Source: Desulfatiglandales bacterium
GTDB lineage: Bacteria; Desulfobacterota; DSM-4660; Desulfatiglandales; HGW-15
Direction: 5' to 3'
Length of the DNA: 64,000 nucleotides
Assembly: GCA_963667015.2 (NCBI GenBank)
Contig: CAXXJJ010000001.1
Coordinates: 2,144,001 to 2,208,000, forward strand
Each line of letters opens with the position of its first letter. The stretch's first letter is position 1. Under the pieces are notes generated by a model. That model searched no databases and was not told where the DNA came from. It saw only the letters and a program-made list of their open reading frames with translations. The position numbers and the translations under genes were made by a program. Positions 21,036 to 30,118 of the stretch are shown piece by piece.

Positions 21036-21272
21036 AATGCAGACTGGAGAGATTTTCAGGGAAGACCGGCAAAAGAAGAGACATGGGAAAACTTCATTTT
21101 GATAGATGATTATCTGAGTGCTCTTAAAAAAGGGGGATGGAAGATGACACATATGATACAGTCGCCCATGTCATCGGAGCGTTTCAATGCGGGAGTTGTA
21201 TCTGCCATGCAGAAAAAGGAAATACTGGGTGTTACGAGCAGGTATGTGTTAGTGGCTAAAAAGACAGACTGA
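21036..21272 (+). pseudogene. C-terminal gene fragment, probably methyltransferase-like
   Basis: Start-less frame NADWRDFQGRPAKEETWENFILIDDYLSALKKGGW...ILGVTSRYVLVAKKTD*. Confidence 0.5.
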
Positions 21273-21341
21273 CCGATGCTAAATAATTTCAACCTTATAA
21301 CCTGACAACGTCCCCATTTAGTACATTATTATTCTTTATCA

Positions 21342-22193
21342 TCAGGCAGCCAGTGTTTCAATCAGCTTTAAACAGTTACCTTCTTTTAAATATGCTGCAT
21401 GTTCATTGACATTTTTAAACTGCCTTTGAGTAATTTCGGAACATTCGAACCTGTGGTCAGTTATTTTCAAAAATGCTGTTATGAGGTCATCAGCTTTATT
21501 ATTAAATGTTTTATCCTTCATGAGGTTAGCATGCGGCCGTTCCTGAAGAATTCTCAATCCGTTTATCCATATGGCGGTTCCAAGCGCTCCGCAGGCTCCG
21601 CCGCATAATCCTATACCGCCTGCCAGTCCGGAAGCCATGACCGCGTGCAGCTCAGAAACTCCCATCTGTCGGGCTAATAGAGATGTGCAGCTCAAGGGAA
21701 GCCCGGTTTTTTCAAATTGTGGTGTATCGGAAAAACTGTGCTCCACAACATGAAATGCATCCCGGATATATTTACACACCCTTAGCATGCAACGCAGTCC
21801 CCCGGCCTTTAGAATAAAATAAACAGCTATTTCCAGTGCCCCTGAATTTCTGTCAATTGAAGTAATATCAGCACAATTAATACTGTTATTCTGCCTGCGG
21901 AAAGTATTTACCAGGTTTTGCCCTGCGGCAATCGCCATGCTTTCGGCTTTCGAACCTGATCCATTCATTCGAAATGACCGGGCTCCGGCTGCCAGGACCG
22001 CTCCCCAGAGGGTTCCGCATTGATAACCATGATGCATGATGCCGCCGGCAAGCGGTACAACAGCCAGCTCTTCAAGCTCCAGCGGATGATCATAAACCCT
22101 GTTGAGACCTCTCAACAAAGCTCCTGATCAGGCAAATTTAAATAGATTGCCGGCTGCTTTTAAAGAAGAAGGTTTTCTTCCTGATTTATCCAT
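21342..22193 (-). CDS. C-GCAxxG-C-C family putative redox selenoprotein (Sec at codon 22)
   Basis: ATG 22193 with RBS, in-frame TGA at 22128-22130, SECIS-like hairpin, two LAGG...CG repeats. Confidence 0.8.
22096..22122 (-). promoter_or_regulatory. Bacterial SECIS-like hairpin
   Basis: TGTTGAG-AGGT-CTCAACA with the apical loop 17 nt downstream of the UGA. Confidence 0.7.
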
Positions 22194-22280
22194 GCTGACT
22201 TTCCCCTGTATTACAGCGACTTGCTTATTTTATCGGGTATTCCTGAGAGTTGAGAGGGACGATGTGAGAGTTGAGAGTTG

Positions 22281-23374
22281 AGAGGGACGATGTTTAATAT
22301 TTCAATAACCTATGATATAAGCTTGTAAGCGCCATCTTTTGCTATTCTTTCACCCCGCTCTACAGAAATACTAATGTTACCTTTACTTAACTCAAATTTC
22401 TTTGCCAATATTGTATGAGAGATACCCAACTCTCTGGAAGCCCAGTAACATAAAAGACTCCTTGCTTTCACTTTCCGGATTTGACTACCCTTAGAAAGAA
22501 CCTCATCCTTGTCCATATCCAATACTTCAGCAACTCTATCTGTTATCCGGTCCAGATCATACCCTTTTCGTTTTAGCATGTATTTTCTTTCATATTCTTC
22601 TTCAGACTGTGAGATTATTGAATCCACAAAATCAGAATCACCAAGAATCCTTTCATCCCCCATTATTTTTACACCGGACTTAAACACTTCTTTTGCTTCA
22701 GTCCATCCACCAAGGCTTCTTATCAGTCCTCCTCCTGTTAATTCAGGTTTACATCCTTCCTTAATTCCTTTTTTAATAAATGAGATATATTCTTTTTGGG
22801 CGGCCTTCTTGTTTTTATCAAAATATCCAAGGATATAGTTTGTATCCTGCCACTCATACTCACCTTTACTCATCATATTTTTATGACCGCAATATTTATA
22901 GTTTTTTAATTCAGTAAAAGTGTTAACAATTCCTGCACGAATTGGGTTAAGGTGAATATACCTTACAAGTTCAAGGAGATATGTATCTTCCTGACATATG
23001 ATTGATTTATATCGATTCTGAAACAACTGCCCCTGTCGTTTGTGTCTACGGTTAAAAGAAATTACATATCCGGTGAGTAGTCTTCTCATTAATTTGGAGA
23101 GGGGTACATTTCCTGTTCGGAAAAGAAAATGGGCGTGATTGGACATAAAAGCCCATGCATAGCAGGTTATGTGCATTTGGGGACATAATTTTTCCAGTCG
23201 GTCAATAAAGTCATTACGGTCTTTATTGCTCCAAAATATCTTTTTACCTTCAATACCCCTGATCATTACATGATGCAATACTCCGGGGGCGTCTAGTCTT
23301 GCTGTTCTTGGCATCTAATGAAAATATTAAAATTTAAAGACGCTGTCAATTAAAATATTAAACATCGTCCCTCT
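22281..23374 (-). mobile_element. RAYT element bounded by 22-bp perfect inverted repeats
   Basis: AGAGGGACGATGTTTAATATTT at 22281-22302 and its reverse complement at 23353-23374. Confidence 0.8.
22310..23314 (-). CDS. REP-associated tyrosine (Y1/HUH) transposase with C-terminal HTH
   Basis: MPRTAR, HHVMIRG, MSNHAH, FQNRYKS, RYIHLNP. Confidence 0.92.
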   Translation of the reverse strand: MPRTARLDAPGVLHHVMIRGIEGKKIFWSNKDRNDFIDRLEKLCPQMHITCYAWAFMSNHAHFLFRTGNVPLSKLMRRLLTGYVISFNRRHKRQGQLFQNRYKSIICQEDTYLLELVRYIHLNPIRAGIVNTFTELKNYKYCGHKNMMSKGEYEWQDTNYILGYFDKNKKAAQKEYISFIKKGIKEGCKPELTGGGLIRSLGGWTEAKEVFKSGVKIMGDERILGDSDFVDSIISQSEEEYERKYMLKRKGYDLDRITDRVAEVLDMDKDEVLSKGSQIRKVKARSLLCYWASRELGISHTILAKKFELSKGNISISVERGERIAKDGAYKLIS

Positions 23375-23452
23375 TTATTTGCCATTTCCACATACTTTTA
23401 AAGACCAATTTGGCAAGATAGTAAGCACGTCGTGTTGAATTTATTGTTATGA
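23375..23452 (-). other. attC 1, truncated by the RAYT element
   Basis: Only the R''-proximal half is present; resembles half of attC 3. Confidence 0.65.
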
Positions 23453-23456
23453 AAAA

Positions 23457-23723
23457 TTACTTGCCAGTTACCATATAGTAAATGAAGAATAAAACAAAAC
23501 CGATTAAAAATAATATAGAAGTTGTACCACACCATTTTTTGAATGGACCATTTTCTTTTAAAGTAAAATAATAATAGGTTGTTGTTATAGGTCCGAATAG
23601 TAAAATTAAAACACCTTTGATGATACTGCTTTTGAATCCATGAAACAAAGCTAACAATGCAGCGATTAACCATGCTGCACTGAATGCTGTAGCAACTATT
23701 TTAATAATTTCCATATAAATCAC
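23457..23723 (-). CDS. Cassette: small membrane protein
   Basis: 88 aa, three hydrophobic segments, GGAG RBS. Confidence 0.7.
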   Translation of the reverse strand: MIYMEIIKIVATAFSAAWLIAALLALFHGFKSSIIKGVLILLFGPITTTYYYFTLKENGPFKKWCGTTSILFLIGFVLFFIYYMVTGK

Positions 23724-23743
23724 TATCTCCCTTTAATTCGATT

Positions 23744-23810
23744 TCATAACGCGCTGCATAAGCGGTTTGGCAAGTTTTTCGCCAAATCCGACTTGATGCT
23801 GATGTTAGCG
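23744..23810 (-). other. attC 2 (67 bp)
   Basis: TCATAAC...GTTAGCG imperfect palindrome. Confidence 0.9.
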
Positions 23811-24353
23811 ATTTATTGATTTTAGATAATTACATAAATTGTTTGCTGTAATTATATATTGTTCGGTACTTGTATTTGATATTTCTATTTCTGATGCATG
23901 AACTGCGTCATTTCTAAGTGCACGAAGGTCATGCAATAAAACTGCTATGGGGCCACTTATGATTTCTGCTTTTCGAAACTGGTCTATAAACCTTTTTATA
24001 TTTCCCTGCTTTATATCTTGTAGATTCATTCGTTTTGCGGCTTCTTTTAATTCATATTCCACTGAACGCCATGCTTCCATTATAGCCGCACGGGGTGATA
24101 TATCTGCTATTTCCCTTAAAGCAGTAATAGGAACTATAGTGTGCTCGATAAGCTTTTCAGATTCTAAAGGCAAGATGGCTTCAGCGCGTTTTTCCAATTC
24201 TCCGAACTCTAAGTTTAAGTCCTTATATTGGAATTTTTTAATTTGGGGTAGTAATTTCCCTAAAGGTTTTCTCAGGATTATTACCGCAATTATTACAGTT
24301 AATGGCCACGCTAAGTTTCCTATAAGGCTAGATATAAATGTGAGCCAGTCCAT
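23805..24353 (-). CDS. Cassette: N-terminal TM plus HEPN/DUF4145-like protein
   Basis: LAWP TM motif, RNDAVH (RxxxxH). Confidence 0.7.
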   Translation of the reverse strand: MDWLTFISSLIGNLAWPLTVIIAVIILRKPLGKLLPQIKKFQYKDLNLEFGELEKRAEAILPLESEKLIEHTIVPITALREIADISPRAAIMEAWRSVEYELKEAAKRMNLQDIKQGNIKRFIDQFRKAEIISGPIAVLLHDLRALRNDAVHASEIEISNTSTEQYIITANNLCNYLKSINR

Positions 24354-24372
24354 ATTCCCTCTTCTATTTAAT

Positions 24373-24499
24373 CGCTAACGATTAACTAACGAGCACGCGG
24401 TGCGCACCACTATAATATATTTATAAGAATGAATGCCGATAACCTTTAATGGCTGATTCGGCGAGATAGTAGCGCGTCACGTTGAGTGCCATGTTAGCT
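24373..24499 (-). other. attC 3 (127 bp)
   Basis: CGCTAAC...GTTAGCT. Confidence 0.85.
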
Positions 24500-25113
24500 C
24501 ATATAACTTTTGATTTTATTATACCTTTGCTTTTCAAATATTTCCTCTCGAATCGCTTTAGCAACTGTGACAATGTTGATATATTTTTCGAATGGGCTAA
24601 AATCAATGGCGACTTTAGCTCTATAATTAAAGGTGGATCATTTTTGCCTTCAAATATTTTTATCAGATCTTCCATAGATGTTATGGATTCGATTAACTCG
24701 GCATCACTGTCTTTAAAATGTGCTAAACGATTACGCAATTCTATGGATCTCTTAATTTCTGGCAACAATTCTTGATACTTGGTTTTTAAAGTTTCAACAC
24801 TAAGACTGAAAATAAGCCTTAATTTATCTAAAAGAGAAGCTCGTTTTAAAAGCTCCCAGGTTATTTTCCCATACTCGTTATCATGGGATTCATTTTTGAC
24901 TACTTCTCTGAGAATACGATTGGTAAGTGCTTCAATATAGAAAATACCAAAAATGAAAATATTTATACCTGCTTTTAAATTTTCTGGAGACCTTGATATT
25001 GAGCGACGTGCATTAGAAAATATCTGGCTATAAAAATTATCTAATCTCGCATTTTCAAATAGACTTGTGATTTGCCCATTTTCAAAACCCAGTTTTAAAG
25101 TTCCATCACGCAT
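24499..25113 (-). CDS. Cassette: HEPN-motif protein
   Basis: Helical protein with IEA and RNRLAH motifs. Confidence 0.7.
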   Translation of the reverse strand: MRDGTLKLGFENGQITSLFENARLDNFYSQIFSNARRSISRSPENLKAGINIFIFGIFYIEALTNRILREVVKNESHDNEYGKITWELLKRASLLDKLRLIFSLSVETLKTKYQELLPEIKRSIELRNRLAHFKDSDAELIESITSMEDLIKIFEGKNDPPLIIELKSPLILAHSKNISTLSQLLKRFERKYLKSKGIIKSKVI

Positions 25114-25140
25114 AGTATACCTACTGATACCTTATAAAAG

Positions 25141-25274
25141 AGCTAACGAAAAGCATTACAGGCCGTGCGGTGCACACCAACTTACCTTTTTAAAGGTGCG
25201 ATGATACTGAGTTGGCAGATAGTTTAAAAAAGGCGAAAAAAATAGCACGGTCCTTGTAGATGCAATGGTTGGCT
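25141..25274 (-). other. attC 4 (134 bp, ORF-less cassette type)
   Basis: AGCTAAC...GTTGGCT. Confidence 0.9.
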
Positions 25275-25537
25275 GCCGCCAACCTGTTTATTTTGTTTTT
25301 GACTGCTTACTTTCAATTACTGTTTTTTAAAGATTTGATGCTTTTTGAATACTATGTTTTTTGATTCTTCTTTTTATATTGTTCTGAATTATTTTTCAAA
25401 GGAATTTCCGGGGAATGGATTTCCTTTGTTTTTTGTTACCTTTTTATTTCCAGATCAATTCTCGCGCCCTTGAGTTACATGTTATTAATAACTGCCTTTC
25501 TACTGCCACGATATTTTGTTTTTATCATTTCCCAGCA
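25275..25537 (-). repeat. ORF-less cassette family A, copy 1
   Basis: No long ORF on the cassette strand; homologous to four other cassettes. Confidence 0.9.
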
Positions 25538-25667
25538 CGCCAACGTTTGCGATAAGGAGTTGGCGGGTTAATGGTGCCGATGGTCGATAAAGTATGAAGA
25601 CCATTGATGCTACTGAATTTCAATCGGCAAGAAAAACCAGCCAATCACCTTGATTGCAGGGTTAGAA
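25538..25667 (-). other. attC 5 (130 bp)
   Basis: CGCCAAC...GTTAGAA. Confidence 0.85.
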
Positions 25668-25713
25668 AGTTTTGGGTCTGTGTCTTGATAAAATATTACC
25701 AAAACGCTTTTTA

Positions 25714-25944
25714 TTAATGTTTGTAGATAAAAAACATGAAAAACAAAATAAAGCTAATAAAAATTTCCATTAAACCAAAAATGATAAAGTTAATTCCGTG
25801 ATTGCGATTTGTACCAGAAGTATGAATATGCCAAAATTGAAAACGCTCAGGCTCTTCTTTATACTTTTTCCATCCGGCACAAATTAAATATATGCCAGCT
25901 AAAAAACAAATTAAGACTATTGATATGAATAACACATATTTCAT
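25714..25944 (-). CDS. Cassette: small 2-TM protein
   Basis: 76 aa, fills the cassette. Confidence 0.65.
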   Translation of the reverse strand: MKYVLFISIVLICFLAGIYLICAGWKKYKEEPERFQFWHIHTSGTNRNHGINFIIFGLMEIFISFILFFMFFIYKH

Positions 25945-25954
25945 ATTTGTGACT

Positions 25955-26021
25955 TTCTAACGCGCTGCATAAGCGGATTGGCAAGCTTTTCGCCAATTCC
26001 GACTTAATGCTGATGTTAGTG
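25955..26021 (-). other. attC 6 (67 bp)
   Basis: Near copy of attC 2. Confidence 0.9.
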
Positions 26022-26603
26022 ATTAATAATTTCGATACATTCAAATGGATGAGTTATTGCAATTAGATGTCCACCATTTTTTATTTTATTACAATTACTA
26101 GGACAGAATATTACTCTGTCTTTTTCTCCATGCACTCTTTTTATAATAGATGAATCACCATTGAACCCTTGCCAATTTTTTATTGCATGACACATAGCTC
26201 TTATAAAATCGGTATCAGATAGACTGAACATCTCTAATACCTCATTATGATATTTGCCTGCAATGGCTTGAATAAGCTTTAATGGTGTTACATCACTAAG
26301 AGGGGTTAATAACCGGAGTAATGGATTTACCTCCGATTTTGAAATAGCACTACCGAATAAATACACTTTTTTTAATTTAAGTTTATTTGCTATTTCTAAC
26401 GCAACCATGCCTCCAAGTGAAGAACCAGCAATAACGTCAGTATGAGATATTAAATTTTCATTAATGACTTTTTCTGCAACTTCAGCAAGACTTTTTTCAC
26501 CCTGATACTTTGGCCAATCCAAATATTTCATATTTGGCAAATCAAGCCATGGACCAGAATACATATTTGAATTTGCACCCATTCCGGGAAGTGTATATAT
26601 CAT
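26016..26603 (-). CDS. Cassette: alpha/beta hydrolase
   Basis: LPGMGA, GSSLGG, HGEKD and GGH motifs. Confidence 0.85.
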   Translation of the reverse strand: MIYTLPGMGANSNMYSGPWLDLPNMKYLDWPKYQGEKSLAEVAEKVINENLISHTDVIAGSSLGGMVALEIANKLKLKKVYLFGSAISKSEVNPLLRLLTPLSDVTPLKLIQAIAGKYHNEVLEMFSLSDTDFIRAMCHAIKNWQGFNGDSSIIKRVHGEKDRVIFCPSNCNKIKNGGHLIAITHPFECIEIINH

Positions 26604-26613
26604 TGTCTTTGAT

Positions 26614-26698
26614 CACTAACGGCCAGCTTACCAGCCCCGCCGTGATTTCCGCAACTAGCAAGGAACCCTCCGGGGTCTGGTAGAGCGACATGTTAAGT
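26614..26698 (-). other. attC 7 (85 bp)
   Basis: CACTAAC...GTTAAGT. Confidence 0.9.
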
Positions 26699-27100
26699 GT
26701 TTACTTGTGCACCATCCCACATTGATAATAATCGGTTTGATTCAGTTTTTGGCATTTTCCCTATTCCATGAAGATACCACACTATAAATGTACCGAATAA
26801 TTTAAGTGCATCCAATGCTGTACCATTTATAGAAATATTATTTTTTGCAGATATTTCATAACAAATATTTACTGGGTTGGCTCGTTCGTTTACTGGTTCA
26901 CGTGGAGCCTTTGAGTATATATTAAAAGGTAAATTTGCTCCATTTGCAGCATATAAAATTGGTCCGATTGATTCAATTTGCATGATTGATAGTTCAATGG
27001 ATATATTAATTTCATCAATTGCAGTTGTGACAACATTCACGCCAGGTAACATTTTCAACACAGTACTTAATTCTTTAATTGTATTCTGTATATTATCCAT
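26693..27100 (-). CDS. Cassette: hypothetical protein
   Basis: 135 aa, stop codon lies in R''. Confidence 0.75.
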   Translation of the reverse strand: MDNIQNTIKELSTVLKMLPGVNVVTTAIDEINISIELSIMQIESIGPILYAANGANLPFNIYSKAPREPVNERANPVNICYEISAKNNISINGTALDALKLFGTFIVWYLHGIGKMPKTESNRLLSMWDGAQVNT

Positions 27101-27119
27101 ATGGTAACTTTATTGGGAC

Positions 27120-27204
27120 ACTTAACGACTAGCTTACCAGCCCCGCCGTGATTTCAACAACAAGCAAGGAACCCTCCGGGGTCTGGTAGAGCGACAGGTT
27201 ATGA
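27120..27204 (-). other. attC 8 (85 bp)
   Basis: Near copy of attC 7. Confidence 0.9.
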
Positions 27205-27205
27205 C

Positions 27206-27517
27206 TTAATCATCTTTTGATTCATAGGTATATAATTCATCCCATATGATTCCATCACTATTACTTGCTTCTTTGGCTAAAGAATCATATTTACTTTGTT
27301 CCTCTTCGGTATCCCAAGGGACTTCATCATATTCAGATACAAATTCAACTCGAGTTATTTTGAAACCTTCTTCTTCAATTGCATTTTTTATTTTTGGGAT
27401 GGCTTCAAGTACACCTTCGGCCTTGAAGAATAAATATACGAAGCCCCCAATACAATTTTCATACGCTGGTGGATCTAAGATATCAAATTCAACACTTGTC
27501 CAGTATATATTACTCAT
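27206..27517 (-). CDS. Cassette: acidic hypothetical protein
   Basis: 103 aa, GAGG RBS. Confidence 0.75.
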   Translation of the reverse strand: MSNIYWTSVEFDILDPPAYENCIGGFVYLFFKAEGVLEAIPKIKNAIEEEGFKITRVEFVSEYDEVPWDTEEEQSKYDSLAKEASNSDGIIWDELYTYESKDD

Positions 27518-27526
27518 ACTTCCTCG

Positions 27527-27657
27527 TCATAACGTGTGCATTACAAGCCGGGCGGTGCAAACCAACTTACCATATTTAATATACAAAGATTTATAGTTGG
27601 TGGAGATTTTAAAAAAGCGTAAAAAAAGCCCGGTCTTAGTAAATGCAATGGTTCTGC
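27527..27657 (-). other. attC 9 (131 bp)
   Basis: TCATAAC...GTTCTGC; related to attC 4. Confidence 0.85.
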
Positions 27658-27665
27658 ATCTCCTA

Positions 27666-28004
27666 TTATAATTTTCTTGAGTATATGTAACTTATAACTG
27701 CTGGCACCAAAACAATCATTGGTGCACATGCAACTAATATTATCCTGAGTTCATTGTTTTTCAAAGGTAGGAAAAATGTTATTACACCAAAAATAATAAG
27801 CGGAACGGACCATATGATAAGTTGTTTTCCGCCGTAGGCATTGATTTTATACCAATTCTCTTCCGACTCAAAAGATTTCTTAAATCGAATCCCAAATATT
27901 TGATTCATTGAGATACTTTTCTGAACTAAAGGTATGCTAATAATAATCATTAAAATTCCAACGAAAATATTACTGATACCCAAAATGATATTAACCATAT
28001 CCAT
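27666..28004 (-). CDS. Cassette: SdpI/YhfL-family membrane protein
   Basis: N..FGIR.....SEENWYKINAYGG motif, three TM segments. Confidence 0.8.
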   Translation of the reverse strand: MDMVNIILGISNIFVGILMIIISIPLVQKSISMNQIFGIRFKKSFESEENWYKINAYGGKQLIIWSVPLIIFGVITFFLPLKNNELRIILVACAPMIVLVPAVISYIYSRKL

Positions 28005-28018
28005 TGTCTATTCCTCCT

Positions 28019-28084
28019 GCAGAACGCCGAAAATAACCGGCCGGCGAGCTTTTCCGCCGGTCGGCGTTAATTTTATTGTTAAGC
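28019..28084 (-). other. attC 10 (66 bp)
   Basis: GCAGAAC...GTTAAGC. Confidence 0.9.
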
Positions 28085-28567
28085 GATGTTGTTTTTAAAT
28101 TCTGTTTCTAAAGTTTTTATACGATCAATTAAATAAGTAAGTACAGTATTACAAAGGAGAAGCATTTTCTCAATTAATGCGTCGATATTGTCATACAAAT
28201 GAGATGATTTCTGGACAATTGGAAATATGTCTTGCTTTGTCCAATAATGCAGTCTTGGATTATATGCCGTTATATCACTATGTGCTATACGTTGATCACG
28301 CTCAGCTATCAAGGCGTCATGATCAGTGTTCCCATTAGGGTAAATAGATTCTTTCTGCAAAGGCTTAAAATGTTTTTGATAAATCCCTCTGCTTCCAGTG
28401 AAAGGTCTAGCATATTCGATGATACAATATTTTACTAATACCGACTTTAACGTTCCGTCTTTTTCTGACTTGGCACGATCAAGTAAAGTGATAGCATTTG
28501 TAATATCTCCATGTGCTAGCCTCATGCTTACATATTCTTCTTCTATCTGTGATTCCATATTCTCCAT
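28079..28567 (-). CDS. Cassette: HEPN-like protein
   Basis: YARPF and RDQRIAH motifs. Confidence 0.7.
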   Translation of the reverse strand: MENMESQIEEEYVSMRLAHGDITNAITLLDRAKSEKDGTLKSVLVKYCIIEYARPFTGSRGIYQKHFKPLQKESIYPNGNTDHDALIAERDQRIAHSDITAYNPRLHYWTKQDIFPIVQKSSHLYDNIDALIEKMLLLCNTVLTYLIDRIKTLETEFKNNIA

Positions 28568-28573
28568 TTATGC

Positions 28574-28706
28574 GCTTAACGAAAAGCATTACAGGCAGTG
28601 CGGTGCACACCAACTTACAATGTTAAAGGTGCGTGGATACTGAATTGCCAGATAGTTTAAAAAAGGCGAAAAAATAGCACGGTCCTTGCAGATGCAATGG
28701 TTGGCT
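28574..28706 (-). other. attC 11 (133 bp, ORF-less cassette type)
   Basis: Near copy of attC 4. Confidence 0.9.
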
Positions 28707-28976
28707 GCCGCCAACCTGTTTAGTTTGTTTTTGACTGCTTACTTTCAATCACTGACTTTTAAAGACTTGATGCTTTTTGAAAACTATGTTTTTTGATTCT
28801 TCTTTTTATATTGTTCTGAATTATTTTTCAAAAAAATTTCCGGGGAATGGATTTCCTTTGTTTTTTGTTACCTTTTTATTTCCAGATCAAGATCAATTCT
28901 CGCGCCCTTGAGTTACATGTTATTGGCAACTTCATTTCCGCTTCCCCTGTAATTATTTTCTTCCTTCTTTCAAGCA
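28707..28976 (-). repeat. ORF-less cassette family A, copy 2
   Basis: Homologous to 25275-25537; carries a 6-bp internal duplication. Confidence 0.9.
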
Positions 28977-29034
28977 CGCCAACGCCCAGTTTAACCGGCG
29001 GGCGTAGCCCGTCCTGTTGAAACTGATGTTAGTG
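28977..29034 (-). other. attC 12 (58 bp)
   Basis: CGCCAAC...GTTAGTG. Confidence 0.9.
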
Positions 29035-29382
29035 TGATTTTTCTATTGTATATTCGCTAACTTTGCCCTTTGTGTTGCGAACAACTATTTTGTCAGTGGA
29101 TTTGGATACAAGTGTTAGTTTCTCTGCTTGACCGATACAGAGAATTCCATCTACGATTTCCCAATATATGATATTCGATGTTGCCCAACCTTCCTTTTCT
29201 GAACTCCATGAAATGAGTACATCTCCTTCCATAAATTCATAGGAAGATTGTTTATCACCATCATCTTTACTCATGGTCAAGCCAATAACGTCTTCCGCCT
29301 TCCACTCTATTGATGTAGATTGCCTATTGGTGCAGCATGAAATTGATAGCGTTAAAAATAATGCTATTAATATACGAATCAA
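29029..29382 (-). CDS. Cassette: putative lipoprotein
   Basis: Signal peptide with ISCC lipobox-like motif. Confidence 0.7.
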   Translation of the reverse strand: MIRILIALFLTLSISCCTNRQSTSIEWKAEDVIGLTMSKDDGDKQSSYEFMEGDVLISWSSEKEGWATSNIIYWEIVDGILCIGQAEKLTLVSKSTDKIVVRNTKGKVSEYTIEKSH

Positions 29383-29408
29383 ATTATTACCTCGCTATGC
29401 CCCATAAA

Positions 29409-29474
29409 CACTAACGGGTTGATAACCAGCCTGGCGAGCTTTTTGCTAGGTCTGAGTTTATTAAATTGTTGTGC
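29409..29474 (-). other. attC 13 (66 bp)
   Basis: CACTAAC...GTTGTGC. Confidence 0.9.
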
Positions 29475-29477
29475 TCT

Positions 29478-30104
29478 CTAGGACAGCCAAACAATGAGTC
29501 TACTAGTGCGAACCCATTTTCCTTTGTCCTTTTTAAGGAGCCAAAAAGTTCCTGACCCCCATTTACCATCTTGAGAATTTTCGATATATACGATTGCTGC
29601 GTTTTTATCAGTATCAAAGCCCACTCGTGACAAACGAAAGTATCCAAGTGCATTTGGGTAATGCTTATAAAAAGAATCCCACCACTTTGTGGGGGAAAAA
29701 GCTTCTTCCCGTTGTTTTTCAGAGATAAGGAAATGTTTGTCTGCAAATTTGAAATAATCGTTTAGAATATATTGATCCTTGTTTTCGCTCACCCAAGATT
29801 TCAAGGCATATTCTGGAAAAGATGTATTTTCAACCTCGATCTTTTTAAGCAACTCTTCAATTGATATATCCATGTATTTAGGGCCTGAAATTGTTTCATT
29901 GATAATAATAATTGTCTTAGGAAGAAGTTGTTTTTCTTTTTTATTTATCATGTCTATATAGCCTGGCTGGCTTAGGTATTCAAGCTCGATCACTGCTTTA
30001 TAAACCTGATACTCTAACGGATCTATCTCTTCAGCATTTGCAGAGCAATATGAAATTATCATTAATATGAAAAAAAGCCTGATATTAAAGCGATGTGATT
30101 TCAT
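29478..30104 (-). CDS. Cassette: secreted hypothetical protein
   Basis: Signal peptide; SRVGF...A.VY motif. Confidence 0.75.
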   Translation of the reverse strand: MKSHRFNIRLFFILMIISYCSANAEEIDPLEYQVYKAVIELEYLSQPGYIDMINKKEKQLLPKTIIIINETISGPKYMDISIEELLKKIEVENTSFPEYALKSWVSENKDQYILNDYFKFADKHFLISEKQREEAFSPTKWWDSFYKHYPNALGYFRLSRVGFDTDKNAAIVYIENSQDGKWGSGTFWLLKKDKGKWVRTSRLIVWLS

Positions 30105-30118
30105 TTTATCCCCCAAGC

